Shown in pieces: positions 9,897 through 19,727 of a stretch of DNA of 59,142 nt; position 1 is the first letter of the stretch, and each line of letters begins with the position of its first letter. The position numbers and the translations under genes are program-made. The DNA is from Nemertoderma westbladi. Lineage: Eukaryota > Animalia > Xenacoelomorpha. The stretch lies in NCBI GenBank assembly GCA_032718475.1, contig JAUCBJ010000082.1:1-59142 (forward strand), given 5' to 3'. A model generated the notes under the pieces. It was given only the letters and a program-made list of their open reading frames with translations, was not told where the DNA came from and did no database searches.

Positions 9897-12800
9897 CTAT
9901 TTACCAATATTGGGTGGAGATTTGTAGTCTCCCGTCTCGTTTCTAGTCTCCTCAAGGAGTACGAGACGTTGTACAGGTCTGTCTACGGTACGTCCGTCGA
10001 TAGTCCGTACAGTAACTGTCCTCACTACACCAGATGTAGGGTGCGTGGTCAAAATGACTCCAGTCAGCCAAAACCGTCTTTTCAGATTAGCTTCAGCCAA
10101 TAAAACATGGTCACCACGTCTTAAACATCGGGTATTTAGATACCAGGAAGTTCTGGTTGAAATAGAGGGCAAATAATATTTCTGCCATATTTCCCAGAAT
10201 TTATTTGCAAGTAATTGAGTGATTTTCCAAGCCTTGTTGCCGTATCCGTCACTATCAACGGGTACCGAAATGGGCAACAATGTCGTCGGCGCCTGCATAA
10301 GCAGGTGCGCTGGTGTCAAGGCAAACTGTACGTCGTTATTGTCTGGGATCAAAGCGATCGGTCTGGTATTTAAGATTGCTTCGATTTCTATTAGTAACGT
10401 CGTCAGTTGGTCGTCTGTCAAGATGTGTTGCGTCGGTACGACTTTAGCCATAGCTGTCTTTATTGAGCCAATCAGCCTTTCCCAAACGCCGCCTCTCCAC
10501 GGACTGTCTGGAGTATTAAAATACCAAACAATACGGTGAGGACGTAGTTCCTCGGAAATCTGGTTTTGGTCCAATTTTCTCAAAGCTCTGGTTATCTCGT
10601 TCCGTGCACCCACAAAGTTTGTCCCTTGGTCGCAGTATATGGATTTGACCAATCCACGTCTAGCGATAAATCGCCGTAAGGCTAGGATAAAGGCATTGGT
10701 GGACAAGTCTGTCACTCGCTCTATATGGACAGCTCTGCTGGCCATGCAAGTGAAGATCAATCCCCAACGTTTTACCTGTACCCTTCCGCGTTTCGCGATT
10801 ATGGGTCCAAAACAGTCTATCCCTGTCTCAGTGAAAGGGGGTCTAAACGCCTGTAATCTTGCTAGTGGTAGTTCACTCATTTCTTGGTGTCCTATCCTCG
10901 CGTGCACCTTCTTACAAATAATACAGTTCCGTGTTACCGAACTCAGTGCCTTACTAGGTCTAATCAGTACAAACCTCGAGCGTAAGTGTGATAGACAGTG
11001 GTGTCTACCTACGTGTTTGAGTTGTACATGTGCGTCCAGTATCATAGCGCGCTGTAATTCATGGTGTTGCGGTATGATGATAGGATACCTAAAGTCAAGT
11101 GCAAAGTCGATGTTTTGGAGTCTGGACTTGTGACAAAGTAAGCCCCGGTAAATAATCGGACTCCAACTCAAAATCGGTGAAGACTTAATCTGTTTACCTT
11201 GTTTGATCGCTGTGAACTCTCGTGCGAAATATCGCAATTGATAATGTCGAATGATATCAACTTCACAGTGGCCAATTTCCTTTAAGGTAAGTCTTCTAGG
11301 AAAGTCGCGTTTGCCTCTGGCATATTGTCTCAATCGTTTGAGCCATGCTAACTTGCGGCACGCGTCAGTCCATGATCTAGTTAGGTTCACTATCCTGTCA
11401 ACGTAAGTGTTGGTGACGTCATCAGGTAAGGTATAGTCGTAGTGTGGATACTTGTCTGGACTTGGTAGGCCCACGGGCCTTCCGGTAGGTTTGTCTGAGT
11501 CCCCAAGTACGTCAATCTCTACGGTCTTACCTTTGCCGTCCGCACCTAATGTGTCGACTGGCAGTAATGGTTTCAACTCTACAGTGTCAGTGTGTTCCTG
11601 TGAGCCTGTAAGCTTCCTAACCTTAGTCACACGCTTACCTGTAGGTAAGTCAAGTACCTTCTTCGAGCGGAGTGTAATCCCTGTGGCCACACCTTTGTCG
11701 TCCAAAGAAGTCAAATTTGGTAAGTCTCTAAAAGTCCGCTCCAATGGGTCTTCTAATGGAGTGTCTAGTAGACAGTCTGGTGAAGCGTCTGGTGAACAGT
11801 CTGGTGAGACGTCTGGTGAGACATAGCGCGGAACATCCGGCGAAATGTCCGGTCGTCGGTCCCAAAGTCTGTCTAGCGTAACTTCTGTCAGAAAGTCTGG
11901 TTCAAAGTCTGGTGGACAGTCGGTCGAGATGTCTGGTGAACAGTCTGGTGAGACGTCCGGTAGACATTCTGTCGAGAGTTCCATCAAACAATCTGGCGAA
12001 CAATCCGGAGAACAATCTGGCGAACAATCCGGAGAACAATCTGGTGTCTCTTCTGGTGAATAGTCTGGCGAGTAATCTGGTGAACAATCCGGCGAAACGT
12101 CTGGTGAAATCTCCCGCGGAACATCCGGCGAAGGATTCGTACAAGCGTCTGGTCGAGTGTCTGGCGAGACGTCTGGCGTAATGTCAGGTCTGGCGTCCAG
12201 GTCATCAGATTTCGTCCGTCCTTTTTTCCTCTTGACCTTGGCGTTGGCTTTCGCTTTAGACTTGACAACCTTGTCGAGTTTTATCTCGGCACCCTCTGGT
12301 ATGGTGTTGGTTGTCGCGTCGAATAACGGTGGCCATTCGTCTGATGGTCGCTGTAGGAAATCGGGTCCTCTAAACCAAAAGGATTTATTGTCCGGTTTAC
12401 AAAAGTCAAGTGGTTGCATCCCCCGTGACGCGATGTCAGCTGGGTTCAGCTTCCCTGGACAGTGACGCCAATCTTGTTTGAGCGACCGGTCTAATATTTC
12501 AGCCCGTCTGTTGGCTACGAAAGTCTTGAACTCGAATGTTTCGTTGTTTATGTACCAAAGTACCAACGTCGCATCCGTCCAATATGTGACCTTCAAGTTA
12601 GCCTCCAGCTCGCGTTGAACTAGACTGACAATATCGGTGGATATCGTCCCGGCTTGCAGCTCCCCACGAGGTACAGTCATATACTTCAATGGCATTGTTC
12701 TAGCCCTTGAAGTAACGAGAGATACATCGTAGCTGTCCGATGTCACTTGTCGTCTAAGGTATAAAGTAACCCCCAATCCATCCTTGCTAGCGTCACTAAA

Positions 12801-15800
12801 GCTGTGAAGCTCTAAATCGGCAGGAAAGGTGGTTTGCAAAGGAAAGTATACCCTTGGTATGGTATAGTCTTGTAGGAACGTCAGTTGGGCTTCCCAGTCC
12901 CTCCATCGCTCAGCTAACTTTTCTGGGATGGGATCGTCCCATTCCAGTCCGGCTTGCCAAATGCTGCGGAGTATGATCCTAGCATGTAGGATCACTGGAC
13001 TAATGAAACGCAATGGGTCATACAATCGACTCATAGTCGATAAGCAAGTCCTCTTAGTGAGAGGTCTAGTCTGGTCGTTGGACCTTACACGTACCCTAAA
13101 ATTGTCGGTGTTGGGGTCCCAACTAAGTCCTAATACTTTGGTCGTCGGCAGAGGTTCTAAGTCTAAGTCCAAGTCACCTCCACTGCGATCCATCGGGTCA
13201 AATGAGTTCACCAGTTCGGGTTCGTTGGAAGCGAACTTCGTCAGGTGAAATCCGCCCTCAGCGAGACAATCCTGGAGTTGGTGTGCTACGGTTGTAGCGC
13301 GCTCCAAGGTGTCACAACTCTTGAGGCCGTCATCCACGTAGAAGTCTCGTTCCACGGTCCGAACTACTTCTGGGTCAAATTGGTCTCGTCTGTCTAATGC
13401 TGTCTGCTTCAATGCGTACATGGTGCAATTGGGGCTGTCCCTGGCTCCGAATACTCTTACCTGCATTTGGTAAGTTTCTGGCGGAAGTTGTAAGTTTCCG
13501 TCCGGATACCAAAGAAACCTCAAGCTGTCCCTGTCCCGCTCCAAAGCCTTAACCTGGTGAAACATGGCCTCTACGTCACAGGTGAAAGCCACTTTGCGTT
13601 GTCTAAAACGCATTAGGACTCCCATGAGGTAATTATTCATATTCGGCCCGTCCATCAGTTCGCTATTCATAGACATCCCTTGGTAAAGCGCAGCGCAGTC
13701 GTTGACTACACGCACCTTGCCAGGTTTGTCCGGGTGTCGAACAAAATGATGTGGCAGGTAATATGTCTGGTCTGTGGTTACCTCAGGATTTAACATCCTA
13801 ATGGCGTATCCCTTTTGGAGATACGTCTGAAGTTGTGCATTGTATTGCATATGGGCCGTCTCGTCTCGCAACAATCGCTGCCTTATTGATTTGAGTCGCC
13901 TCAAAGCAAGCGGGTAATTGTTAACGAGCTTAGGTTGTCCATTGCGCCACAACATACCAACCTCATAGTGGCCATTCGCGGTCTGGCGAATGGTATCTCT
14001 CATAATATTTAATGACCGTTTTTCCTGTTCTGACATTGCGGTCTCGTAACTACCGGGTTCTGCTGAGTCCTGTTCCAACCATTGTATGGTCCGTTCAGTC
14101 AGCAGTCGGTCAAGCGCTGCTTGCACTGCGCCATGGTCCTCGTCCACGTCTTCGTCCACTGCGGTGGCTAGTGTCAATGTGTCTGGTAGGCTCGCAAGCC
14201 TTCCGGTGTCACTAGTCGGCGTCGAATTGTCGTGCGGCGGTTTGACAACCTTTTGATCTGTCGGTAGGCTCGCAAGCCTTCCAAGATCAACGACCGGTGT
14301 CGAAGCCTGGTGGGTGGGGTCAATGACCTTCGGATTTTTCGGTAGGCTCGCAAGCCTTCCAAAATCCTCGTTCATCGAGTCATCCACGGCAACAACCCTC
14401 AGGTCTTCAGTAGTCAATACAACCTGGTCTACTGCAAGTAGTTGTAAGTCAGAGGTCCGTATGGTCGTGTCCAGATCGGTTACGTCAGTATCGGTGGCGT
14501 CTGCGTTAGTGACGCAAGTCTGTCGTAGTGCCGTCCGTACAATTGGACCACGGGAGTGTGAAGGAGAATTATCTATCGTGTTAGTCAATAAACTACACGT
14601 ACTCAAAACGTCGTCCTCCTGGTCACTTACCTCTAGTGAACGTATTGGTGCTCTAGTATACCAACCTATGGGAGTTCTACATGCGTAGGGGTTGCCCGCT
14701 GTAATAACAGATGGGCGTGTCTCCCATACCTGATGTAAGTTAAACTGGTCTGTCCCAATTAACATCGCAATGGAACGATAATTGACAGGACATTCCGGTA
14801 TTCCAAGGTGTCGGAAATACTTACGATCTTCCGGTGATTGCTCTGGCACAGGGCCGAGCAAGTTACTAAAGTCCTTCGTAGCTGCAAAGGTCAAATTTCT
14901 TACCGGAAGTAATGAGCGCTCCTCCTTGCTGTGTTCCGCTTTGGAAAGAAGAGTGTCTAAAGTTAGTTTTACTCTCGTCACAGGGATCGCTCTCTTACCA
15001 TGCATGCTGCTTACAGTATACTGAGCAGTCTTACCTTGACTCATGTCCGTAACTACGTCGGCTACTTGTTCGTCGACATAGCTATGCGATGACGCAGAGT
15101 CTAAGATGGCGTATATACGCTTGCTCCCTCGGGTTCCGGTAATCTTTATAGGAATCACGCTAAACCCTTTCAGTTGGTTCTGTGTGAGGAGCGTTATCGA
15201 AGGCTGTTCCTCACCTGCATGCACGTAGAAAGTGTCGTCTTCCTCCTCGTCCTCGTCCGATGATCCTGACTGATCCATACAGTCGGTATAAAAGGTACGG
15301 ATCTCGCGCGGCGCACGCTCCTTATAAAGCGCGTCGCATCTAGCCGCTTTATCTGGATGCTCTCGTCGAAAGCGTCTGGTCGGAGTATGACTGGTTGTGT
15401 GAAGCAACGCGTCATGGTTACGTCCACACAGAGAACATGTATCATCGCTCGGGCAATCCTTCCGGACGTGTCCTGGCTTCATACATCTCCAACAGGAATC
15501 TAGAGATCGGATTTGGAGTCTCCTCTCCTCGATCCCTAACTCTTTAAAAGCGCGACATCCACGTAGTTTATGTCCGCTATGGTTTCTGCCGTTCCGCTCG
15601 CAGTATGAGCATCCCACAAAGTCCGCCGGCAACTGTTGTCGTGGCTGCGTGGTGCCGATAGGCGTCAGAACTTTAGAAGTCTCAGTAGGGGTGGCGTAAG
15701 TAACGGCTTTCGCGTTCGTCGGAAATGGTTTAGTCCGATTCGGCGCAGAAACAGTTATCCCTTCCGCCGTGATATGGTGATCGGTATAGTTCGATCGAGT

Positions 15801-18770
15801 CTCGATCACGGCCTCCCGTGAAATAAGTTGATAGACATCGGTGAGTTTTAATAACCCTCCGGCCTCTTCGCGCTGGTACTCGATGCGTCGCCATTCTCGT
15901 CGTAGTCGATGGTGAAGTCGACCGATTATTCGAATGAGAACCGTCGGTGCGTTAGCGTACTCGAGTTGTCCAATGGACCGTAAAGTCCCTATAGCGTTCT
16001 TTATTTCGTCCGCGAGTCGTAAAAGGTCGATCGGTCTCGAAATGTTGCCTCCTCTGCAGAGGTCTTCAATGATGGATTTAGCCATGGCGACATTACCGCC
16101 GTAAATCGAATACAAACGGTCGTACGCCAATTCAAAGGCATCGGGAACTCCAATAAAGGTTTCCGCTAATCGTTTCGGCTCACCAGACAGAACTTGGAGC
16201 AAGTAATTAAACTTCTCCGTCGAGGTGAAAGCACACTTAGCGATCTGGGACTCTACGTAGTCTACCAGTGTGCGCCAGTGTTTCGCGTTGCCAGAGAACT
16301 TCGGCGGTTGCTGTGCCGGTAATCCGTGTCTAGCCGCGAATTTCGCAATCTCGCTAACTAAGTCCAACTGTCCACGTCCCTGTTCGGCGGCGTCGTCCAG
16401 TCGCTCCCTTCCGCGCGTTGTTCGTCGGTAGGAATTATTAACGGGATCTTCTTCTCGATGTGTCGGAGTCCGTCTAGTCTCCTGTTCTCTCCTCGGTGGT
16501 CGATGTTGTCTAGGTTGTTCCAACTCCACGCTGGTTCGTGATCGATCCGACGGTTGCGCTTCGAGTCGTTCTTCGAGTTGAGCTATTCTGTCCGTCATGT
16601 CGGTGAACTGTTTGGCGCTGATCGTTTCCGCTGGTTTCAACGTGGGTTTCTGTTGGGGTGTTTCTCGTGGAGGATTATCAATATAGGGGTTCGTCGATTG
16701 TTCCTCCCGTTTGTAATCCGCTGCCGCTGCCGCTCCAGTACGGAATATTTCCCGTTCCGTCGACTCCGAGTCACTTGATGAATCGCTGTCGTCCGGATAA
16801 GGTGGTTGGCGGGTTCGCGTCCGGCGTATTATTCTTGGTCGAGTTCGTCGTGGTCTGGGATCTACGGCTCCTCGTTGTTCGGTAGGCTCGCAAGCCTTCC
16901 ACGAAGTCGTAGGTCTCGTTAAACATTGGGTGAGAGGTCTAGTAAAAACATCTGAGTTAAGTTCTACTGTAGGTTTATAAATGACTGGGTTCGCGCAGCA
17001 CGTCACAGGTTTAACTTGCAATGGTTTACTCACCTGTTTTACTGTCATAAACGCAGGTTCGTCTCTCTCCACAAGTAAACTACGACTTACTGTAGGTGGA
17101 CTAGTTATGTTACCTGCTAAAATTGGCGATGAAGTCGCCCTAGGTTGCGGTATTTCCGTCACAACAAACCTGCTACCTTGCGTCGGGCGCACAGGCGTTA
17201 TTTCCTTAGGTTTCGTAACAAAGACCGGTTTTATCGGAGTCGTGGGTTTGAGCATAGGAATAACTTGGGGAAAACGTTTACAGTAATCCTCGACGAACTC
17301 CTCTCCTCGATCTATCGCTCCCACACTTCCTTCCTCGATTCGCTTCTGGATTCCGCGATATCGAGTCTCCATGCGATCCAGGGCAGACAAGTCGTGTCCA
17401 GTTCGAGACCTTATAGATCTATCTCTCGCGTCGAGTTCGAGGTCCGCTTGCGCGTTCGCTGCCTCGCGCGATCTACGATTCAGTTCGAACTGGAGCTGCA
17501 TCTCTCTTTCGCGTCGATCTGCTTCCTGTTGTTGTGCCGCTAACTCCGCTTCCTGTATCGCTAAACGAGCGTTTATTTGTCGCGCCTCCAACTTGGCACG
17601 AGCGTCGGATGCTGCTTTCTTCCGTGCTAACTCAGCTGCGTTTACCGCCGCAACTCGTGCTAGCTCGTCAGCCGCTGCCTGTCGTGCTAATTCGTCAGCT
17701 GCTGCCGCCTGTCGTGCTAACTCGTCGGCTGCTGCCGCCGCGGCCGCTTCTCGCGCTAAGTCCTCCTCCAGTCTCCGCATCTCTGATGCTTCGAACTCAG
17801 CCTGCGCTTGAAGTTTCGCAAGTTTCGCTACATCCTCTCTGCGCTGTTTTTCTCCTTCGATGGCGATCTGTGCCATCTGTAGTTGCGCTTCTTCCTCGGC
17901 GACTTGTTGTCGGCGTGCAACCTCCTGTTGTTGTCGAGTAATTCCAGACGCTGTTCTACTAACGTCGCCAACGTTGCCAACGTCGCTCCGTACGCTAACG
18001 AACGATCTATCCAGTGGTGGATGTTGGTAGGCTCGCGAGCCTTCCGTAGTGAGAACTTCCGTCGTCCCTCGCGGTTCGACTTCCGGTTTGTCGATCGGTA
18101 CGCCGCATCTACGAAGAAAATAGGTCAGCGTTTCCAACCTTCCGTCCAGGCAGTAGAGTTCTTCTTCCTCTTCGGGTTGTAACAACGCGTCCGAAACTGA
18201 CTCACCTAGCAGTTGGTCAAACTGCTCCTGTTGAGCCAATCTTATCACCGACTTAAACTGGATAAGGCTTTCTCTCGCACTTACCAATTTATCTACTATC
18301 TTTACCTGAGTAAAGTTGTCGCCACGCAACTCTGCAAGTTCGTGCAAACCTTTAAGTTTATCTACGGAGGCATGTACCCTACTTTCTATCCTTACCTGTA
18401 AGGTGTAGAACTCGTATCTCGACATCGGGGCGGTTAACTCGCGTAAAACGCGAAAACCTTCTCCGAGGTTCCGAGTAATCTGGGCCATGTGTCCTCCTAT
18501 ACTTCTAATAACGTTCTCCTGGCTTCCAGTCGAACTTACCATGTCCGGTTCCCGCGATCTAGTCTGAGGGACGGTAAGGAAATCTTCGATTCTGCCGTCG
18601 CCACGCGTTGCGGCTTCCGGTATTTCCGTTCGGGGTACCGGCGACGCAAGCGGTGTGACATCGGTGGAATCTCGGGTTCTCCTTCTCGGTTCGTCTACTG
18701 TCGATCTGTCCGGGTCGCACGAGTCATAGTCGGTAGGTGGGTATCTCGTCGAATGGGGTGTGTCACTCAT
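9897..18770 (-). CDS. BEL/Pao gag-pol polyprotein, 2957 aa (coiled-coil gag, DUF1759-like, three Zn knuckles, aspartic protease, RT, RNase H, integrase)
   Basis: Zn knuckles CWRCMKPGHVRKDC and CSLCGRNHDALLH; protease ILDSASSHS; RT YYLPHH, DVEAMFHQV and FYVDD; RNase H FSDAS, YWTDA and NPADIASRG; integrase GIDCFGP, CDQGTNF and GGVWERLIG. Confidence 0.97.
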   Translation of the reverse strand: MSDTPHSTRYPPTDYDSCDPDRSTVDEPRRRTRDSTDVTPLASPVPRTEIPEAATRGDGRIEDFLTVPQTRSREPDMVSSTGSQENVIRSIGGHMAQITRNLGEGFRVLRELTAPMSRYEFYTLQVRIESRVHASVDKLKGLHELAELRGDNFTQVKIVDKLVSARESLIQFKSVIRLAQQEQFDQLLGESVSDALLQPEEEEELYCLDGRLETLTYFLRRCGVPIDKPEVEPRGTTEVLTTEGSRAYQHPPLDRSFVSVRSDVGNVGDVSRTASGITRQQQEVARRQQVAEEEAQLQMAQIAIEGEKQRREDVAKLAKLQAQAEFEASEMRRLEEDLAREAAAAAAADELARQAAAADELARQAAADELARVAAVNAAELARKKAASDARAKLEARQINARLAIQEAELAAQQQEADRREREMQLQFELNRRSREAANAQADLELDARDRSIRSRTGHDLSALDRMETRYRGIQKRIEEGSVGAIDRGEEFVEDYCKRFPQVIPMLKPTTPIKPVFVTKPKEITPVRPTQGSRFVVTEIPQPRATSSPILAGNITSPPTVSRSLLVERDEPAFMTVKQVSKPLQVKPVTCCANPVIYKPTVELNSDVFTRPLTQCLTRPTTSWKACEPTEQRGAVDPRPRRTRPRIIRRTRTRQPPYPDDSDSSSDSESTEREIFRTGAAAAADYKREEQSTNPYIDNPPRETPQQKPTLKPAETISAKQFTDMTDRIAQLEERLEAQPSDRSRTSVELEQPRQHRPPRREQETRRTPTHREEDPVNNSYRRTTRGRERLDDAAEQGRGQLDLVSEIAKFAARHGLPAQQPPKFSGNAKHWRTLVDYVESQIAKCAFTSTEKFNYLLQVLSGEPKRLAETFIGVPDAFELAYDRLYSIYGGNVAMAKSIIEDLCRGGNISRPIDLLRLADEIKNAIGTLRSIGQLEYANAPTVLIRIIGRLHHRLRREWRRIEYQREEAGGLLKLTDVYQLISREAVIETRSNYTDHHITAEGITVSAPNRTKPFPTNAKAVTYATPTETSKVLTPIGTTQPRQQLPADFVGCSYCERNGRNHSGHKLRGCRAFKELGIEERRLQIRSLDSCWRCMKPGHVRKDCPSDDTCSLCGRNHDALLHTTSHTPTRRFRREHPDKAARCDALYKERAPREIRTFYTDCMDQSGSSDEDEEEDDTFYVHAGEEQPSITLLTQNQLKGFSVIPIKITGTRGSKRIYAILDSASSHSYVDEQVADVVTDMSQGKTAQYTVSSMHGKRAIPVTRVKLTLDTLLSKAEHSKEERSLLPVRNLTFAATKDFSNLLGPVPEQSPEDRKYFRHLGIPECPVNYRSIAMLIGTDQFNLHQVWETRPSVITAGNPYACRTPIGWYTRAPIRSLEVSDQEDDVLSTCSLLTNTIDNSPSHSRGPIVRTALRQTCVTNADATDTDVTDLDTTIRTSDLQLLAVDQVVLTTEDLRVVAVDDSMNEDFGRLASLPKNPKVIDPTHQASTPVVDLGRLASLPTDQKVVKPPHDNSTPTSDTGRLASLPDTLTLATAVDEDVDEDHGAVQAALDRLLTERTIQWLEQDSAEPGSYETAMSEQEKRSLNIMRDTIRQTANGHYEVGMLWRNGQPKLVNNYPLALRRLKSIRQRLLRDETAHMQYNAQLQTYLQKGYAIRMLNPEVTTDQTYYLPHHFVRHPDKPGKVRVVNDCAALYQGMSMNSELMDGPNMNNYLMGVLMRFRQRKVAFTCDVEAMFHQVKALERDRDSLRFLWYPDGNLQLPPETYQMQVRVFGARDSPNCTMYALKQTALDRRDQFDPEVVRTVERDFYVDDGLKSCDTLERATTVAHQLQDCLAEGGFHLTKFASNEPELVNSFDPMDRSGGDLDLDLEPLPTTKVLGLSWDPNTDNFRVRVRSNDQTRPLTKRTCLSTMSRLYDPLRFISPVILHARIILRSIWQAGLEWDDPIPEKLAERWRDWEAQLTFLQDYTIPRVYFPLQTTFPADLELHSFSDASKDGLGVTLYLRRQVTSDSYDVSLVTSRARTMPLKYMTVPRGELQAGTISTDIVSLVQRELEANLKVTYWTDATLVLWYINNETFEFKTFVANRRAEILDRSLKQDWRHCPGKLNPADIASRGMQPLDFCKPDNKSFWFRGPDFLQRPSDEWPPLFDATTNTIPEGAEIKLDKVVKSKAKANAKVKRKKGRTKSDDLDARPDITPDVSPDTRPDACTNPSPDVPREISPDVSPDCSPDYSPDYSPEETPDCSPDCSPDCSPDCSPDCLMELSTECLPDVSPDCSPDISTDCPPDFEPDFLTEVTLDRLWDRRPDISPDVPRYVSPDVSPDCSPDASPDCLLDTPLEDPLERTFRDLPNLTSLDDKGVATGITLRSKKVLDLPTGKRVTKVRKLTGSQEHTDTVELKPLLPVDTLGADGKGKTVEIDVLGDSDKPTGRPVGLPSPDKYPHYDYTLPDDVTNTYVDRIVNLTRSWTDACRKLAWLKRLRQYARGKRDFPRRLTLKEIGHCEVDIIRHYQLRYFAREFTAIKQGKQIKSSPILSWSPIIYRGLLCHKSRLQNIDFALDFRYPIIIPQHHELQRAMILDAHVQLKHVGRHHCLSHLRSRFVLIRPSKALSSVTRNCIICKKVHARIGHQEMSELPLARLQAFRPPFTETGIDCFGPIIAKRGRVQVKRWGLIFTCMASRAVHIERVTDLSTNAFILALRRFIARRGLVKSIYCDQGTNFVGARNEITRALRKLDQNQISEELRPHRIVWYFNTPDSPWRGGVWERLIGSIKTAMAKVVPTQHILTDDQLTTLLIEIEAILNTRPIALIPDNNDVQFALTPAHLLMQAPTTLLPISVPVDSDGYGNKAWKITQLLANKFWEIWQKYYLPSISTRTSWYLNTRCLRRGDHVLLAEANLKRRFWLTGVILTTHPTSGVVRTVTVRTIDGRTVDRPVQRLVLLEETRNETGDYKSPPNIGK

Positions 18771-19727
18771 GTCTTATTATATACGTCAAGTACGGGTAAT
18801 AAAATGTCAAAGTGTCTGAATGTTGAAGTGTCAAACTTACCTTGGTATATATAGTATCTATATACCCTAACCGGTACAAATAAATCAACAAGTCAGAATG
18901 TCGAAATGTCAAAATGTCGAAATGTACAAATGTCAAACTTACCTTGATATATATATATATCATATATATACCCTAACCGGTACAAATAAAACTAACAAGG
19001 TATATAATAAAATAAGTAGTAATCTAGCCTACCGGCTAAATTTGTACGAATAAGTGAGATAACGGTATACGTTAACAAAATGTAGATCAACAAGTATAAA
19101 CAATAGGCCAAACAGCAACGTCTAACGGGAAAATAAGTACCAACAACACTACTAATAGACAGTGAAACCCACAAATTTTGAGTACTACTGTGCTTTCTTA
19201 AGTTTGAACGACGCGAGTCGTAAAACTTACGTTCCTTTGATCTTCCAGTCGTACAAATTCCCAAATACAAACCGGACGTGGGTCTTTCCGTTTTTCGGCG
19301 GCGCGGACGAATTTATTGTCTCCCAAACTTTGCGAAAAGTGGTCTAATCCTCGAAGCGGTCCAGAAATGAGTCCTTGAGTCCTGAAAAGGTCGAAGGTGA
19401 GAGTTTTACTTCTACGCTTACGAAAATCTTCCTAGGTACCGATACAAATTGGTCTTTAAACCCTATGTACCTTTTCAAGTACCGAAAAGTAACACCGCAC
19501 ACACACGGCGTAAAACAAAGTGCTACAAACTAACTGTTAGCTAGTCAAATATTAAATACGAAAGTACTAGCTACCCTAAAAGCCTACTGAAGCAGGGGAC
19601 GTTCTAAATTACTAAATTTACTAACCTTAATTTTTAAATATCTCCTACTTTCAATAGCTAACAATCGAAATTATACTATACGCTACGGCGGAAATACTAT
19701 ATACTAATTTATATAAATACTTCCTAC

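Noticed and set aside
10219-18854. Many short + strand ORFs antisense to the BEL polyprotein (likewise within the Gypsy and CRE ORFs)
   Set aside because: They are shadow ORFs of long coding frames with no recognisable motifs.
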